Source of the DNA: Bellilinea caldifistulae
Lineage (GTDB): Bacteria > Chloroflexota > Anaerolineae > Anaerolineales > Anaerolineaceae
Direction: 5' to 3'
Assembly: GCF_001306055.1 (NCBI RefSeq)
Contig: NZ_LGHJ01000018.1
Span: forward strand, 97,943 to 129,942
DNA: 32,000 nt
The notes beneath the pieces are model-generated. The model ran no database searches. It was not told the DNA's origin and saw nothing but the letters and a program-made list of their open reading frames with translations. A program made the translations under genes and the position numbers. Positions 1 through 9,396 of this stretch are shown here, one piece after another; the first letter of the stretch is position 1, and every line of letters starts with the position of its first letter.

Positions 1-779
1 TTTCAACAATCCTCGAAATCAGTGATCTGACCAAATTTTTTGGCGGTTTGGGGGCAGTGCGGAATTTTGACCTGACCCTCAAAAAAGGTGATTTGAATGG
101 ATTAATTGGCCCCAATGGGGCAGGAAAAACCACCGTTTTCAATTTGATCACCGGTATTTACGAACCGACCGCTGGGGATATTGTCTTCAACAATACTTCC
201 ATCGTCGGGTTAGAGCCGTTCGAAATTACCCGTTTAGGAATTGCGCGAACCTTTCAGAATATCCGCCTGTTTTCCAACCTGACCGTTCTGGATAATGTCC
301 GTATCGCCTATCATCCGCATACCAAATACGGTATGGCGGATGGTATCCTGCATAACCGTAAGTTTGATGTTCATGAAAAAGAATTAACTGAAAAAGCACA
401 GGACTTTCTGGCGATTTTTGGGTTGGAAAACCTGCAAAACGAAATTGCGAAAAATCTGCCGTACGGCCAACAACGACGGGTTGAAATTGCCCGTGCGCTG
501 GCTTGTGAACCGCGTTTGTTGCTGCTGGATGAACCAGCAGCCGGGATGAATCCGCGTGAGATTCTGGAGTTAATGGATCTAATCCATTTCATCCATGATC
601 GCTTTGACCTGACCATTTTGCTGATTGAACATCAAATGCGGGTGGTGATGGGAATTTGCAAATATATCACCGTGATGGACTTTGGTCAGGTGATCGCGCG
701 TGGAACGCCGAAGGAAATTCAGGAAAACGAACGGGTGATTGAGGCTTATCTGGGAAAAGGAGCCGGTCATGCTGCTTGA
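1..779 (+). CDS. livG: Branched-chain amino acid ABC transporter ATP-binding protein (LivG type), 5' end cut by window edge
   Basis: The reading frame is open from the window edge (frame 3 reads STILEISDLTKFFGGLGAV...), so the TTG at 48 is not the true start. Motifs: Walker A GPNGAGKTT, signature-like YGQQRR, Walker B LLLLDEPAAGM. livF follows with an overlap. Confidence 0.9.
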   Translation, partial: STILEISDLTKFFGGLGAVRNFDLTLKKGDLNGLIGPNGAGKTTVFNLITGIYEPTAGDIVFNNTSIVGLEPFEITRLGIARTFQNIRLFSNLTVLDNVRIAYHPHTKYGMADGILHNRKFDVHEKELTEKAQDFLAIFGLENLQNEIAKNLPYGQQRRVEIARALACEPRLLLLDEPAAGMNPREILELMDLIHFIHDRFDLTILLIEHQMRVVMGICKYITVMDFGQVIARGTPKEIQENERVIEAYLGKGAGHAA

Positions 780-1476
780 GGTTGAAAATCTGAATGTTTA
801 TTACGGGGCAATTCATGCCTTACAAGGTGTTTCTTTTCACGTTGAGGAGGGCGAAATTGTTACCCTGATCGGCGCCAATGGCGCTGGTAAATCCACAACC
901 CTGCGCACCATCTCTGGTTTGCTGCGTTCGCGTACCGGACATATCAAATTCAAAGGTCAGGATATTTCGATGATGCCAGCCGATCAAATTGTCAGGCTGG
1001 GCATCAGTCATGTGCCGGAGGGGCGCAAGATTTTTGCTCCTTTGACCGTGAAAGAGAACCTGTTGATGGGAGCCTACACCCGTAAAGATCCCAATGAAAT
1101 TGAACGATCCATGCAACGCGTGTTCGCCAGCTTCCCACGATTAAAGGAGCGTTTGAATCAACTGGGAGGGACTCTTTCAGGTGGAGAGCAGCAGATGCTG
1201 GCAACCGGCCGGGGATTAATGAGCCGCCCGACTTTGCTGATGATGGATGAACCTTCGATGGGGTTAAGTCCCATCCTGGTTGAAGAAATCTTCAACATCA
1301 TCAAGGACATCAACTCGCAAGGGACCAGCATTCTTTTGGTGGAACAAAACGCTCAGATGGCGCTTTCAATTTCACACCGGGCGTATGTGCTGGAAACGGG
1401 ACGGATCGTTCTTTCTGGTAGCGCAAAAGAGATTGCTGAAAATCCACGGGTAAAAGAAGCCTATTTAGGCGTATAG
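769..1476 (+). CDS. livF: Branched-chain amino acid ABC transporter ATP-binding protein (LivF type)
   Basis: The ATG at 769 gives MLLEVENLNVYYG, a typical LivF N-terminus. Motifs: Walker A GANGAGKST, signature LSGGEQQML, Walker B LLMMDEPSMGL. It overlaps the livG stop by 11 nt. The track start at 739 is probably too far upstream. Confidence 0.9.
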   Translation: MLLEVENLNVYYGAIHALQGVSFHVEEGEIVTLIGANGAGKSTTLRTISGLLRSRTGHIKFKGQDISMMPADQIVRLGISHVPEGRKIFAPLTVKENLLMGAYTRKDPNEIERSMQRVFASFPRLKERLNQLGGTLSGGEQQMLATGRGLMSRPTLLMMDEPSMGLSPILVEEIFNIIKDINSQGTSILLVEQNAQMALSISHRAYVLETGRIVLSGSAKEIAENPRVKEAYLGV

Positions 1477-1480
1477 GGTA

Positions 1481-1863
1481 CCGGGCTGGCCTGTAAGCCG
1501 CATTCTGTCCACCCGCAGGGTATCCCGATTGGGACGGCTGCGGGTGGGGTGATCATCTCTCTTGACCGGCTGTTACCAGACGGTTCTATGCAGCCTACCC
1601 GGAACTCAAACGGGACGAGCAGCCCCTCGTTCCTGCTTGGCTTTGCTCCCGGCGGGGGTTGCCTGGCAGCCGCATTACTGCGGACTCCGGTGGTCTCTTA
1701 CACCACCTTTTCACCCTTGCTGCCTGAAACAGGCAGCGGTTTGTTTCTGTGGCCCGATCCAGCAGGTTACCCCGCTCCGGGTGTTACCCGGCGCCGTGCT
1801 CTGTGGAGTGCGGACTTTCCTCAGCAGCCGAAAATGACTGCCGCGATCACCCGGCCAGCCCGG
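1481..1863 (-). ncRNA. rnpB: RNase P RNA, bacterial type A
   Basis: The reverse complement carries the universally conserved GAGGAAAGTCCG (plus-strand 1811-1822). It also has AAGGGTGAAAAGGTGGTGTAAGAGACCACC (P10-P12 region), GGGAGCAAAGCCAAGCAGG, CCGGGTAGGCTGC and the 3' ACAGAATGCGGCTTA. A terminal P1 helix is formed by CCGGGCTGGCC (RNA 5' end, plus-strand 1853-1863) pairing with GGCCAGCCCGG (RNA 3' end, plus-strand 1481-1491). Ends are approximate to within a few nt. Confidence 0.9.
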
Positions 1864-1940
1864 TTAATATAGAATATACCCTAAGAAATCCCAAACGTAA
1901 AGTATAATCTACTCAAGCCATTTTTTTCTCGGAGGGAACA

Positions 1941-2699
1941 ATGCGTACACCTTTGATTGCTGGAAATTGGAAGATGAACAAAACTGTGGAACAGGCACGC
2001 GCGCTGGTAGCCGAAATGTTACCCGGTTTGCAAGCGGTTCCGTCGGTCGAGCGGGTGCTTTGTCCGCCGTTTACGGCGCTGATGCCCATTTCAGCCATGC
2101 TGGTAGGGACAGAGATTGGACTGGGGGCGCAAAACATGCACTGGGAAGCCCAGGGAGCCTTTACGGGTGAGATTTCACCAGGGATGGTTAAGGAATTTTG
2201 TCAGTACGTCATTTTAGGGCACTCTGAACGACGCACCTATTTTGGTGAAACCGATCAGACGGTTAACAAAAAAGTTCATGCCGCACTGGCAAACCAGTTA
2301 ATTCCGATTGTGTGTGTGGGAGAAACTCTGGAAGAAAACGAAGCTGGTCGAACTGCGGAAGTGGTTGCCCGTCAGGTTTGTGATGGATTGAAGGATGTAT
2401 CCAAAGATCAGGCCGCCAAGCTGGTGATTGCCTACGAACCGGTTTGGGCAATTGGCACCGGCAGGGCAGCCAGCGGTGAAGTGGCCAATCGGGTGCTGGC
2501 CGAAATTATTCGCCCGGCGTTGGCAGGTCTGTTTGATACGCCAACAGCCCAAAAAATTAGAATTCTATATGGCGGTTCGGTCACGGCCGCGAACGCCCAA
2601 GAGTTTTTTGGTCAACCTGAAATTGATGGCGCATTAGTGGGCGGCGCCAGCCTCAAACCGGCTGAGTTTGTCAATATCGCCATTGCTGCTGCAAAGTGA
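1941..2699 (+). CDS. tpiA: Triosephosphate isomerase
   Basis: Motifs IAGNWKMN, GHSERR, AYEPVWAIGTG and YGGSV. SD GGAGGG lies 4 nt upstream of the ATG. Confidence 0.95.
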   Translation: MRTPLIAGNWKMNKTVEQARALVAEMLPGLQAVPSVERVLCPPFTALMPISAMLVGTEIGLGAQNMHWEAQGAFTGEISPGMVKEFCQYVILGHSERRTYFGETDQTVNKKVHAALANQLIPIVCVGETLEENEAGRTAEVVARQVCDGLKDVSKDQAAKLVIAYEPVWAIGTGRAASGEVANRVLAEIIRPALAGLFDTPTAQKIRILYGGSVTAANAQEFFGQPEIDGALVGGASLKPAEFVNIAIAAAK

Positions 2700-3448
2700 G
2701 TTGGTTTCAACCCTATAGCGGGCTGATATTTTTTGTTCTAAGTCTGCTGATGTATCTGGTGGTGCAGCGCAGGCTGCACCGCGAGATACAGGGGGTTTTT
2801 CTTCTGTTGACGCGCAGCCCGGCGCTGGCTTTAGGGCTGTTTGCCTTGTTGTTCTTTCCCGGTGTTTTGATCCATGAAGCCAGTCACTGGATTATTGCCA
2901 AACTGGTGGGTGTACGCACCGGAAAATTTTCACTCATTCCGCAATTGCAGCCGGATGGCACTTTGCGATTGGGATATGTTGAAGCAGCGCCGGCGGATGT
3001 CTTCCGTGAGACTTTAATTGGAGCAGCTCCTTTTATGAGCGGTGTGCTGACCGTTGGCTGGATTGCTCTTTTCCCTTTGAAGATCATGTCCTTTGGGCAA
3101 ATCCAATCTGTCGCAAGTTTTTGGAGCGCTCTGGCCGAAATGGTCAGCCTGCCGGATTTTTGGTTGTGGTTTTATCTGGCATTTACAATCAGTTCCACCA
3201 TGCTGCCTTCGGCATCGGATCGGCGTGCATGGCTGCCAGCCCTGTTGATCATCAGTATGATTTTGTTGATTTTTCTGTTGGCCGGTGCGGGCGATTGGTT
3301 GTTAGCCATGGTGGAGCCAATCAATCGAATTCTGAGCGCGTTAGCTCTTGTCTTTGTATTTTCCTTGCTGCTGCATGTATGTTTGATTCTGCCTTTCTGG
3401 CTCTTGCGCAGGTTCCTGAGCCGGATCACTGGCTTGGAGGTAATTTGA
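2696..3448 (+). CDS. Polytopic membrane protein with HExxH motif (M50/M50B-like putative intramembrane zinc metalloprotease)
   Basis: Several hydrophobic segments. HEASH (LIHEASHWIIAKLVG) is embedded at the end of a TM segment, as in site-2-protease-like families. The GTG start overlaps the tpiA stop (GTGA). The start is uncertain; an alternative ATG is at 2750. Confidence 0.55.
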   Translation: MSWFQPYSGLIFFVLSLLMYLVVQRRLHREIQGVFLLLTRSPALALGLFALLFFPGVLIHEASHWIIAKLVGVRTGKFSLIPQLQPDGTLRLGYVEAAPADVFRETLIGAAPFMSGVLTVGWIALFPLKIMSFGQIQSVASFWSALAEMVSLPDFWLWFYLAFTISSTMLPSASDRRAWLPALLIISMILLIFLLAGAGDWLLAMVEPINRILSALALVFVFSLLLHVCLILPFWLLRRFLSRITGLEVI

Positions 3449-3536
3449 CAATCATCATCCAATTTTAGGACTAAGGTTAGGTGAAAAATTTGTCCATTTT
3501 CATTAGAATGGTGGATAAAACAGGGAGAATGACCAC

Positions 3537-4526
3537 TTGTTAACCGACCCGTTTGGCAGGCAAATTACCTATTTGCGTATCTCGGTCACCGACCGGTGTA
3601 ACTTCCGGTGTGTTTACTGCATGCCGCCACAGGGTGTGCCGCATGTTCCCCACGAACGGATTATGCGTTACGAGGAAATTGCGGCATTTGTTCAGGTGGC
3701 AGCCCGGCAGGGTATTCGTAAAGTACGCCTTACCGGCGGTGAACCTCTGGTACGGGCTGATATACCCCGGCTGGTGGAGATGATTTCGGCCATCGAAGGA
3801 ATAGAGGACATCAGCCTGACAACCAATGGCATTTTGCTTGAAAAATATGCCGGAGCCCTTGCTCAAGCAGGTCTAAAACGCGTGAATGTCAGTCTGGACA
3901 CGCTGAACGCTGAAAAATTTGCCTGTATCACCCGCGGAGGTGAACTGGAAAAAGTTCTGAGGGGCATTGCTGCGGCAGAAGCGTATGGGTTAACCCCGAT
4001 CAAAATCAATACCGTCATCATGCGCGGAATCAACGATGACGAATTGGTTGATCTGGCAAAATTGACGCTGAGTCATCCGTGGAATCTGCGCTTTATTGAG
4101 CTCATGCCGATTGAAAATCAGCGGCCGTGGGGGGAAGGTTTTCCTCCCCCGGAAGACATCTTCATGCCGGTCAGTGAAGTGATGGACATTTTGCAGCCTT
4201 TGGGTTTGCATCCGGTGGAATTGTCCGGTGATAGCGGCCCGGCGATCCCCTATCGGCTGGTTGGCGGGGTTGGGACGGTGGGTTTTATTTCGCCGTTGAC
4301 CGAACAGCATTTTTGTCAGCGCTGCAACCGTATCCGCCTGACGGCAGATGGTCATTTACGACCCTGCCTGATGAGTGATGCGGAAATTCCAATCTTGCCG
4401 GCCCTGCGAGCCGGTGAACCGGTTTTGCCTTTGTTACAAGAGGCAGTCAACAAGAAGCCTGTTTCTCATCAGCTGGCTTACCACATTTCGCCCAACGGCC
4501 GCTGCATGATTCAGATTGGGGGGTAA
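3537..4526 (+). CDS. moaA: GTP 3',8-cyclase (molybdenum cofactor biosynthesis protein A), radical SAM
   Basis: CNFRCVYC radical-SAM cluster motif, GGEPL, and C-terminal Cys motif CQRCNRIRLTADGHLRPC. TTG start with GGGAG SD about 9 nt upstream. Confidence 0.9.
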   Translation: MLTDPFGRQITYLRISVTDRCNFRCVYCMPPQGVPHVPHERIMRYEEIAAFVQVAARQGIRKVRLTGGEPLVRADIPRLVEMISAIEGIEDISLTTNGILLEKYAGALAQAGLKRVNVSLDTLNAEKFACITRGGELEKVLRGIAAAEAYGLTPIKINTVIMRGINDDELVDLAKLTLSHPWNLRFIELMPIENQRPWGEGFPPPEDIFMPVSEVMDILQPLGLHPVELSGDSGPAIPYRLVGGVGTVGFISPLTEQHFCQRCNRIRLTADGHLRPCLMSDAEIPILPALRAGEPVLPLLQEAVNKKPVSHQLAYHISPNGRCMIQIGG

Positions 4527-4532
4527 GGATCA

Positions 4533-5159
4533 TCACCCCGTGCCAAACTGGCGGTCGCCGGCGTCTCCCAGTCCGGGTACGATATAGCCAATCTCGTTCA
4601 GGTGGTCATCCACGGCTGCCAGATGGATGGGAACATCCGGGTGGTGTTGCTGCATGTTATGGATGCCCTCCGGTGCGCCGATTAATCCAACAAACTTGAT
4701 TCGTCTGACGCCCCATTGTTTGAGAATGTCAACAGTGGCGACTGCTGAACCACCCGTAGCAAGCATCGGGTCGAGAATCAGGCAGACGGAAACACGCGGT
4801 TCGGTGGGTAGTTTGTTGTAATATTGTACCGGTTTGAGAGTCTTTTCGTCGCGATAGATGCCGATGTGCCAGACTTCGGCGGAAGGCATCATTTCCCAGA
4901 TCCCCTCGACCATTCCCAGACCAGCACGGAGGATGGGCACCAATCCAATTTTTTCTAATAACTCAGCCCCCGGTGCAGTACCTAATGGGGTTTGTACCTC
5001 GACGGGCTGGATTTGCAAATCGGCGGTGGCTTCGTAAGCGAGCAAGATGGTGATTTCCCTAACCAGTTCCCGAAATTTTTTCGGTTCGGTTTGGGTTGAG
5101 CGAAGTTTAGCCAGTTTGTGAGCAACCAGCGGGTGTTGGGAGATGAAGACCTGGGACAT
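4533..5159 (-). CDS. upp: Uracil phosphoribosyltransferase
   Basis: PRPP-binding motif [12 protein letters not shown]-terminus [16 protein letters not shown], starting from the ATG at 5159 and preceded by an AAGGAG SD. The track start at 5207 is probably an upstream extension. Confidence 0.9.
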   Translation of the reverse strand: MSQVFISQHPLVAHKLAKLRSTQTEPKKFRELVREITILLAYEATADLQIQPVEVQTPLGTAPGAELLEKIGLVPILRAGLGMVEGIWEMMPSAEVWHIGIYRDEKTLKPVQYYNKLPTEPRVSVCLILDPMLATGGSAVATVDILKQWGVRRIKFVGLIGAPEGIHNMQQHHPDVPIHLAAVDDHLNEIGYIVPGLGDAGDRQFGTG

Positions 5160-5218
5160 ATCTGCTCCTTGGAGAAGATTTTTCCCATTATAAACCCATT
5201 CAGGCAAACGAAAGAGGG

Positions 5219-5224
5219 TATAAT
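5219..5224 (+). promoter_or_regulatory. Candidate -10 element (TATAAT) for ruvB, placed for a leaderless transcript
   Basis: Perfect TATAAT at 5219-5224. The ruvB ATG at 5232 is 7 nt downstream of the hexamer. There is no SD and the -35 is weak. Confidence 0.4.
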
Positions 5225-5231
5225 CGTTGCC

Positions 5232-6278
5232 ATGAGCGATTCATCAAGCCGATTGGTACAACCCGAAGCCCGTCCGGATGACCGTCTGGATCAGGCGTTA
5301 CGTCCCCGCCATTTGAATGAGGTGATCGGGCAGGATCAGGTCAAAGAAAACCTGTCCATTTTGATCAGTGCTGCCCGAAAACGCAACGAACCCCTTGATC
5401 ACGTGCTTTTTTACGGTCCGCCGGGATTGGGCAAAACCACATTCGCCCATGTACTGGCCAATGAGATGGGAGTCAACATCAAAATCACAGCCGGTCCGGC
5501 AGTTGAGCGTGCTGGCGATCTGGCGGCCATCCTTACCAATCTACATGCCGGTGATATTTTGTTTATTGATGAGATTCACCGGTTAGGAAAAACCGTTGAA
5601 GAAGTGCTTTACCCGGCAATGGAAGATTTTGCCCTGGATATCGTCATTGGCAAGGGGCCATCGGCGCGTTCGATTCGTTTGAAATTACCCCGTTTTTCGG
5701 TGATTGGAGCCACAACACGGCTGGCGCTGGTCAGCGCACCGCTGCGCGCCCGCTTTGGGGCGGTGTATCGGTTGGATTATTACGAACTGCAGCCGATGTG
5801 CATCATCGTTCAGCGGGCAGCCCAAATTCTAAAGGTGCCAGCCGACCAGGGCGGCATTGAGGAAATTGCCAGACGAGCGAGAGGAACGCCGCGGGTGGCT
5901 TTGCGTTTATTGCGGCGAGTGCGGGATTTTGCCCAGGTTCGGGCCGATGGAATAATCAACCGTGAGGTAGCCCGCGAAGCCTTGAATTTGCTCAACGTTG
6001 ATCCATTGGGTTTGGATGATGTGGACCGCCGGGTTTTAAATACGGTAATTGAAAAATATGGCGGCGGCCCGGTCGGATTGAACACAATTGCCGCTTCCAT
6101 CGGAGAGGAAGCAGATACGATTATGGATGTGGTCGAACCTTACCTGCTGCAATTGGGCTTTTTGGATCGCACTCCTCAGGGAAGGGTTGCTACTCGGCTG
6201 GCCTATGAGCACTTGGGAATCGCCTTTCCGGGTGATCACCGTCAACCTACATTATTTGATGCTTCAAACTCGGAGTAA
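5232..6278 (+). CDS. ruvB: Holliday junction branch migration DNA helicase RuvB
   Basis: Walker [10 protein letters not shown], Walker [10 protein letters not shown], sensor regions and a C-terminal winged helix. The ATG at 5232 gives [12 protein letters not shown]; the track start at 5118 overlaps upp on the opposite strand. Confidence 0.95.
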   Translation: MSDSSSRLVQPEARPDDRLDQALRPRHLNEVIGQDQVKENLSILISAARKRNEPLDHVLFYGPPGLGKTTFAHVLANEMGVNIKITAGPAVERAGDLAAILTNLHAGDILFIDEIHRLGKTVEEVLYPAMEDFALDIVIGKGPSARSIRLKLPRFSVIGATTRLALVSAPLRARFGAVYRLDYYELQPMCIIVQRAAQILKVPADQGGIEEIARRARGTPRVALRLLRRVRDFAQVRADGIINREVAREALNLLNVDPLGLDDVDRRVLNTVIEKYGGGPVGLNTIAASIGEEADTIMDVVEPYLLQLGFLDRTPQGRVATRLAYEHLGIAFPGDHRQPTLFDASNSE

Positions 6279-6303
6279 CTTGACCGAAAACCATTTCCGC
6301 TCC

Positions 6304-7323
6304 ATGCGTACCAGTGATTTTGATTATTACCTTCCACCGGAACGAATCGCTCAACACCCGATCGAACCGCGTCACAATGCCCGTTTGCTTGTGTACGACC
6401 GAAAAACGGGCAAAATGGATCACCGCATCTTTTACGACCTGCCGGAGTATTTGAATGCCGGAGATGTGCTGGTCATTAATCAGACGCGGGTGATACCGGC
6501 ACGAATCTTCGGTTTCAAACCCAGTGGCGGAAAGGTGGAAATTCTTTTGCTCAAGCGGGAAAGTGATCTGGTGTGGGAAGCCCTGGTGGGGGGCAAGAAA
6601 ATCCGGGAAGGAACCATCCTTCAACTGGTAGAAGGGCCGCTCGCTGTCGTTGAGCAGGTACTCGATGGCGCACGCCGTCTGATTCGGTTCGAGACGGAAA
6701 TTGAACCCTACCTTGAAAAACAAGGCCAGATGCCGCTTCCACCATACATTCACGAAAAACTGGAAGATCCGGAACGCTATCAAACCGTGTTTGCTCGGCA
6801 GCCCGGTTCGGCAGCGGCACCTACTGCCGGCCTGCACTTCACACCGGAATTGATCCAACTTCTGGAACAAAAAGGCATCCTTTTTGGGCGGGTTACCCTG
6901 CATGTGGGGCTGGATACCTTTGCGCCGGTTACAGAAGAAGATCCCCGCCAACACGCCATTCACAGCGAATGGTGCGAGTTGGACGAGGAAACCGCCAGCC
7001 TGATCAATTCGGCTCGGGCGAAAGGCGGGCGAATCATTGCGGTGGGAACCACCTCCGTGCGAACGCTGGAAAGTGCGGGGGTGAATGCCCAAAGCGGGCA
7101 GGTAGTTGCACCATTCCACGGCAGTACCCGTTTGTACATCTTACCGGGTTTTACTTTCAAAGCAGTGGATGCAATGATCACCAACTTTCATTTACCACGC
7201 TCGACCTTGCTCATGCTGGTATCGGCTTTTGCGGGAAGAGAACAGATTTTGAGAGTGTACGAGGAAGCCATTCGCCGGGAGTATCGGTTTTACTCGTTCG
7301 GTGATGCGATGTTGATTTTATAA
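6304..7323 (+). CDS. queA: S-adenosylmethionine:tRNA ribosyltransferase-isomerase
   Basis: The N-terminus [19 protein letters not shown] matches the canonical QueA start. Also present: PLPPYI, TAGLHFT and VGTTS motifs. The track start at 6088 lies inside ruvB. Confidence 0.95.
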   Translation: MRTSDFDYYLPPERIAQHPIEPRHNARLLVYDRKTGKMDHRIFYDLPEYLNAGDVLVINQTRVIPARIFGFKPSGGKVEILLLKRESDLVWEALVGGKKIREGTILQLVEGPLAVVEQVLDGARRLIRFETEIEPYLEKQGQMPLPPYIHEKLEDPERYQTVFARQPGSAAAPTAGLHFTPELIQLLEQKGILFGRVTLHVGLDTFAPVTEEDPRQHAIHSEWCELDEETASLINSARAKGGRIIAVGTTSVRTLESAGVNAQSGQVVAPFHGSTRLYILPGFTFKAVDAMITNFHLPRSTLLMLVSAFAGREQILRVYEEAIRREYRFYSFGDAMLIL

Positions 7324-7339
7324 CCCTAAAGGAGAGATC

Positions 7340-7861
7340 ATGACTAAAAAGAGTTTACAATGGGCGCAACCACCTGCGATGCAGATTGACCCCAAAAAAC
7401 ACTACACGGCAACCTTTGTGACTGAAAAGGGGGATATTATTGTCCGCTTACACGCGGACAAGGTTCCCAAAACTGTGAACAATTTTGTCTTTCTTGCTCG
7501 CCAGGGTTTTTATGATGATACGATTTTTCATCGGGTAATTGATGATTTCATGGCCCAAGGCGGAGATCCAACCGGAACGGGCAGGGGCGGGCCGGGCTAT
7601 CGCTTTGAGGATGAATTCCATCCCGACCTGAAGCATGATAAACCCGGCATTCTCTCGATGGCGAACGCTGGCCCGAATACCAACGGTTCTCAGTTTTTCA
7701 TTACCCACGTGCCAACACCATGGCTGGATAACCGTCATGCCGTATTTGGTGAGGTCATTGCGGGAATGGACGTGCTCCTGTCCATCCCTGCCCGTGATCC
7801 AATGAAAGTCAACAGCCCGGCTGTACGTTTGAAAACCGTGACGATCAACGAAGAGGATTGA
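7340..7861 (+). CDS. ppiB: Peptidyl-prolyl cis-trans isomerase, cyclophilin type (cytoplasmic)
   Basis: Motifs [15 protein letters not shown] and [26 protein letters not shown] upstream. No signal peptide. Confidence 0.9.
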   Translation: MTKKSLQWAQPPAMQIDPKKHYTATFVTEKGDIIVRLHADKVPKTVNNFVFLARQGFYDDTIFHRVIDDFMAQGGDPTGTGRGGPGYRFEDEFHPDLKHDKPGILSMANAGPNTNGSQFFITHVPTPWLDNRHAVFGEVIAGMDVLLSIPARDPMKVNSPAVRLKTVTINEED

Positions 7862-7868
7862 GCCTTTC

Positions 7869-8549
7869 TTGACTGTGCAACGAGATTTATGGGAGCAGTT
7901 GAATCGGGAAATTATTGGCTGCCGGCGCTGCCCGCGGTTGGTGGAATGGCGCGAGCAGGTGGCGCGGGAGCGCCGACGTGCTTTTGCAGATTGGGAATAT
8001 TGGGGAAAACCGGTTCCGGGATTTGGGGATACTCAAGCGCGGGTGTTGATTGTCGGGCTGGCACCCGGTGCTCACGGTTCAAACCGTACCGGCAGAATGT
8101 TCACTGGTGATTCTTCCGGTGATTTTCTTTACAGGGCTTTGTATGAAGCCGGTTTTGCCAGCCAACCCACCGCAAATCATCAGGGAGACGGATTGAAGCT
8201 ACAGGATGTTTTCATTACGGCGGTATGTCGCTGCGCTCCACCGGATAACCGTCCCCTCACAGAGGAAATTCTCAATTGCCAGCCGTATCTGGTACAAGAA
8301 TTGCGTCTGCTCAGCCAGCTGGAGGGAATTGTTGCATTGGGGCGAATCGCTTTTGAGCGGGTTCAAAAAATCCTGCGGCCCGAAAATCCACTGCTACCAT
8401 TTCGGCATGGGGCATTTTATAAACCGGTAGATCATTTACCCTGGTTGCTGGCTTCGTACCATCCCAGCCGGCAGAACACTCAAACCGGGAGGCTCACGCC
8501 AGCAATGTTTGCGGGTATCTGGCAGCGGGTGAGGGAAGAACTCGGTTAA
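7869..8549 (+). CDS. Uracil-DNA glycosylase superfamily protein, family 5 (UdgB)-like with Fe-S cysteines
   Basis: CRRCPRL near the N-terminus, motif A GLAPGAHGSNRTGRMFTGD, further Cys in CRCAPP and NC, motif B SYHPSRQN. TTG start; a GTG at 7875 is an alternative. Confidence 0.8.
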   Translation: MTVQRDLWEQLNREIIGCRRCPRLVEWREQVARERRRAFADWEYWGKPVPGFGDTQARVLIVGLAPGAHGSNRTGRMFTGDSSGDFLYRALYEAGFASQPTANHQGDGLKLQDVFITAVCRCAPPDNRPLTEEILNCQPYLVQELRLLSQLEGIVALGRIAFERVQKILRPENPLLPFRHGAFYKPVDHLPWLLASYHPSRQNTQTGRLTPAMFAGIWQRVREELG

Positions 8550-9313
8550 GCGGGTTTTTGGGCGAAAAACCACACCCGTCCGGAGTCAGGTTGTGCCGGA
8601 CTTTGGTCGCTCAGGTTACCAAGCCGATCCAGAACGCGAAAGCCAACCTTTTCCAATAGCGCTTGAATGGTGTCCATCGGATAGGCTCTTTGGGTGTGTA
8701 TCTCTTCCCAGCGTTCCCATTGTTGGGTTTGATGATTGCGAATAAACAGGATTATGCGCAGCGATGCTTCGCTCTTCTCGTAATTACATGAAGGGATGTG
8801 AATTTCTAACAGGTCTTCATTGTCTTGAGGAATGTAAACGGGTTGTTGCTGCCAGCGTACAAAAAGTCCGTAAAGGGTGTTCATATCAAACAGAAACCCT
8901 CCTTTGGCTTTCAGGGCGCGGAATACACGCCTGAAAACATTTTCTAAGTCGCTCACTTCCAGCAGATAATTCATGCTATCGAACCAGCAAGTAACCAGAT
9001 CAAACTCATTGTCGAAATCTAAATTGCGCATATCGTCCTGAATCAGATGAAAAGGCTGGCCGGTTTGTCTTAAGCGCATTTCCGCCAGGCGAAGCATCTC
9101 TGCAGATTGATCCAGTCCAGTTACCTGCCAGTTGTTCAACAGCATCCCTTCCAGGAAGGTGCCTTCGCCGCAAGCAAGGTCAAGTAGCTTGCCGGATTTC
9201 GGCAAGGAAAATTTTTCCAAAAGGGATGGCAACAAGCTGAGCACCCATTTTGAAAATTCCGGGTAAGAACCGCGGCTATATACTTCCGCAAATCGTTGGT
9301 AAATTTGGTTCAT
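8546..9313 (-). CDS. Class I SAM-dependent methyltransferase
   Basis: Motif I LLDLACGEGTF, plus post-I GLDQS and motif II-like FDLVTCWFDSMNY. The substrate is not inferable. Confidence 0.75.
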   Translation of the reverse strand: MNQIYQRFAEVYSRGSYPEFSKWVLSLLPSLLEKFSLPKSGKLLDLACGEGTFLEGMLLNNWQVTGLDQSAEMLRLAEMRLRQTGQPFHLIQDDMRNLDFDNEFDLVTCWFDSMNYLLEVSDLENVFRRVFRALKAKGGFLFDMNTLYGLFVRWQQQPVYIPQDNEDLLEIHIPSCNYEKSEASLRIILFIRNHQTQQWERWEEIHTQRAYPMDTIQALLEKVGFRVLDRLGNLSDQSPAQPDSGRVWFFAQKPA

Positions 9314-9361
9314 ATTGGGATTCCTGATGAATAGTTTGTAAAACCTTTGTACAATTATATC

Positions 9362-9390
9362 TTGTTCCTGCTGACGGGGTGGTTTAGAAT
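9362..9390 (+). promoter_or_regulatory. Candidate sigma70-type promoter TTGTTC-17 nt-TAGAAT for the hydrolase/Prx operon (leaderless)
   Basis: -35 TTGTTC at 9362-9367, a 17-nt spacer, and -10 TAGAAT at 9385-9390. The predicted +1 (7 nt after the hexamer) is 9397, the A of the ATG. Confidence 0.5.
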
Positions 9391-9396
9391 GAAGGT

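Noticed and set aside
1549-1872. Plus-strand ORFs of 107 aa and 91 aa (1549..1872 and 1562..1837)
   Set aside because: They lie entirely within the RNase P RNA gene on the opposite strand. Their translations are Pro/Arg/Ala/Gly-rich with no domain features and have no SD. They are artefacts of a GC-rich structured RNA.
3449-3536. Possible Moco riboswitch upstream of moaA
   Set aside because: The intergenic space is only 88 nt, too short for the ~130-nt Moco motif. I could not find its conserved stems or sequence blocks.
6247-7119. A 290-aa minus-strand ORF antisense to queA
   Set aside because: It overlaps the clearly genuine queA gene completely. The translation is Arg/Phe/Gln-rich with no recognisable motifs, no SD and no plausible promoter. 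It is a typical shadow ORF.
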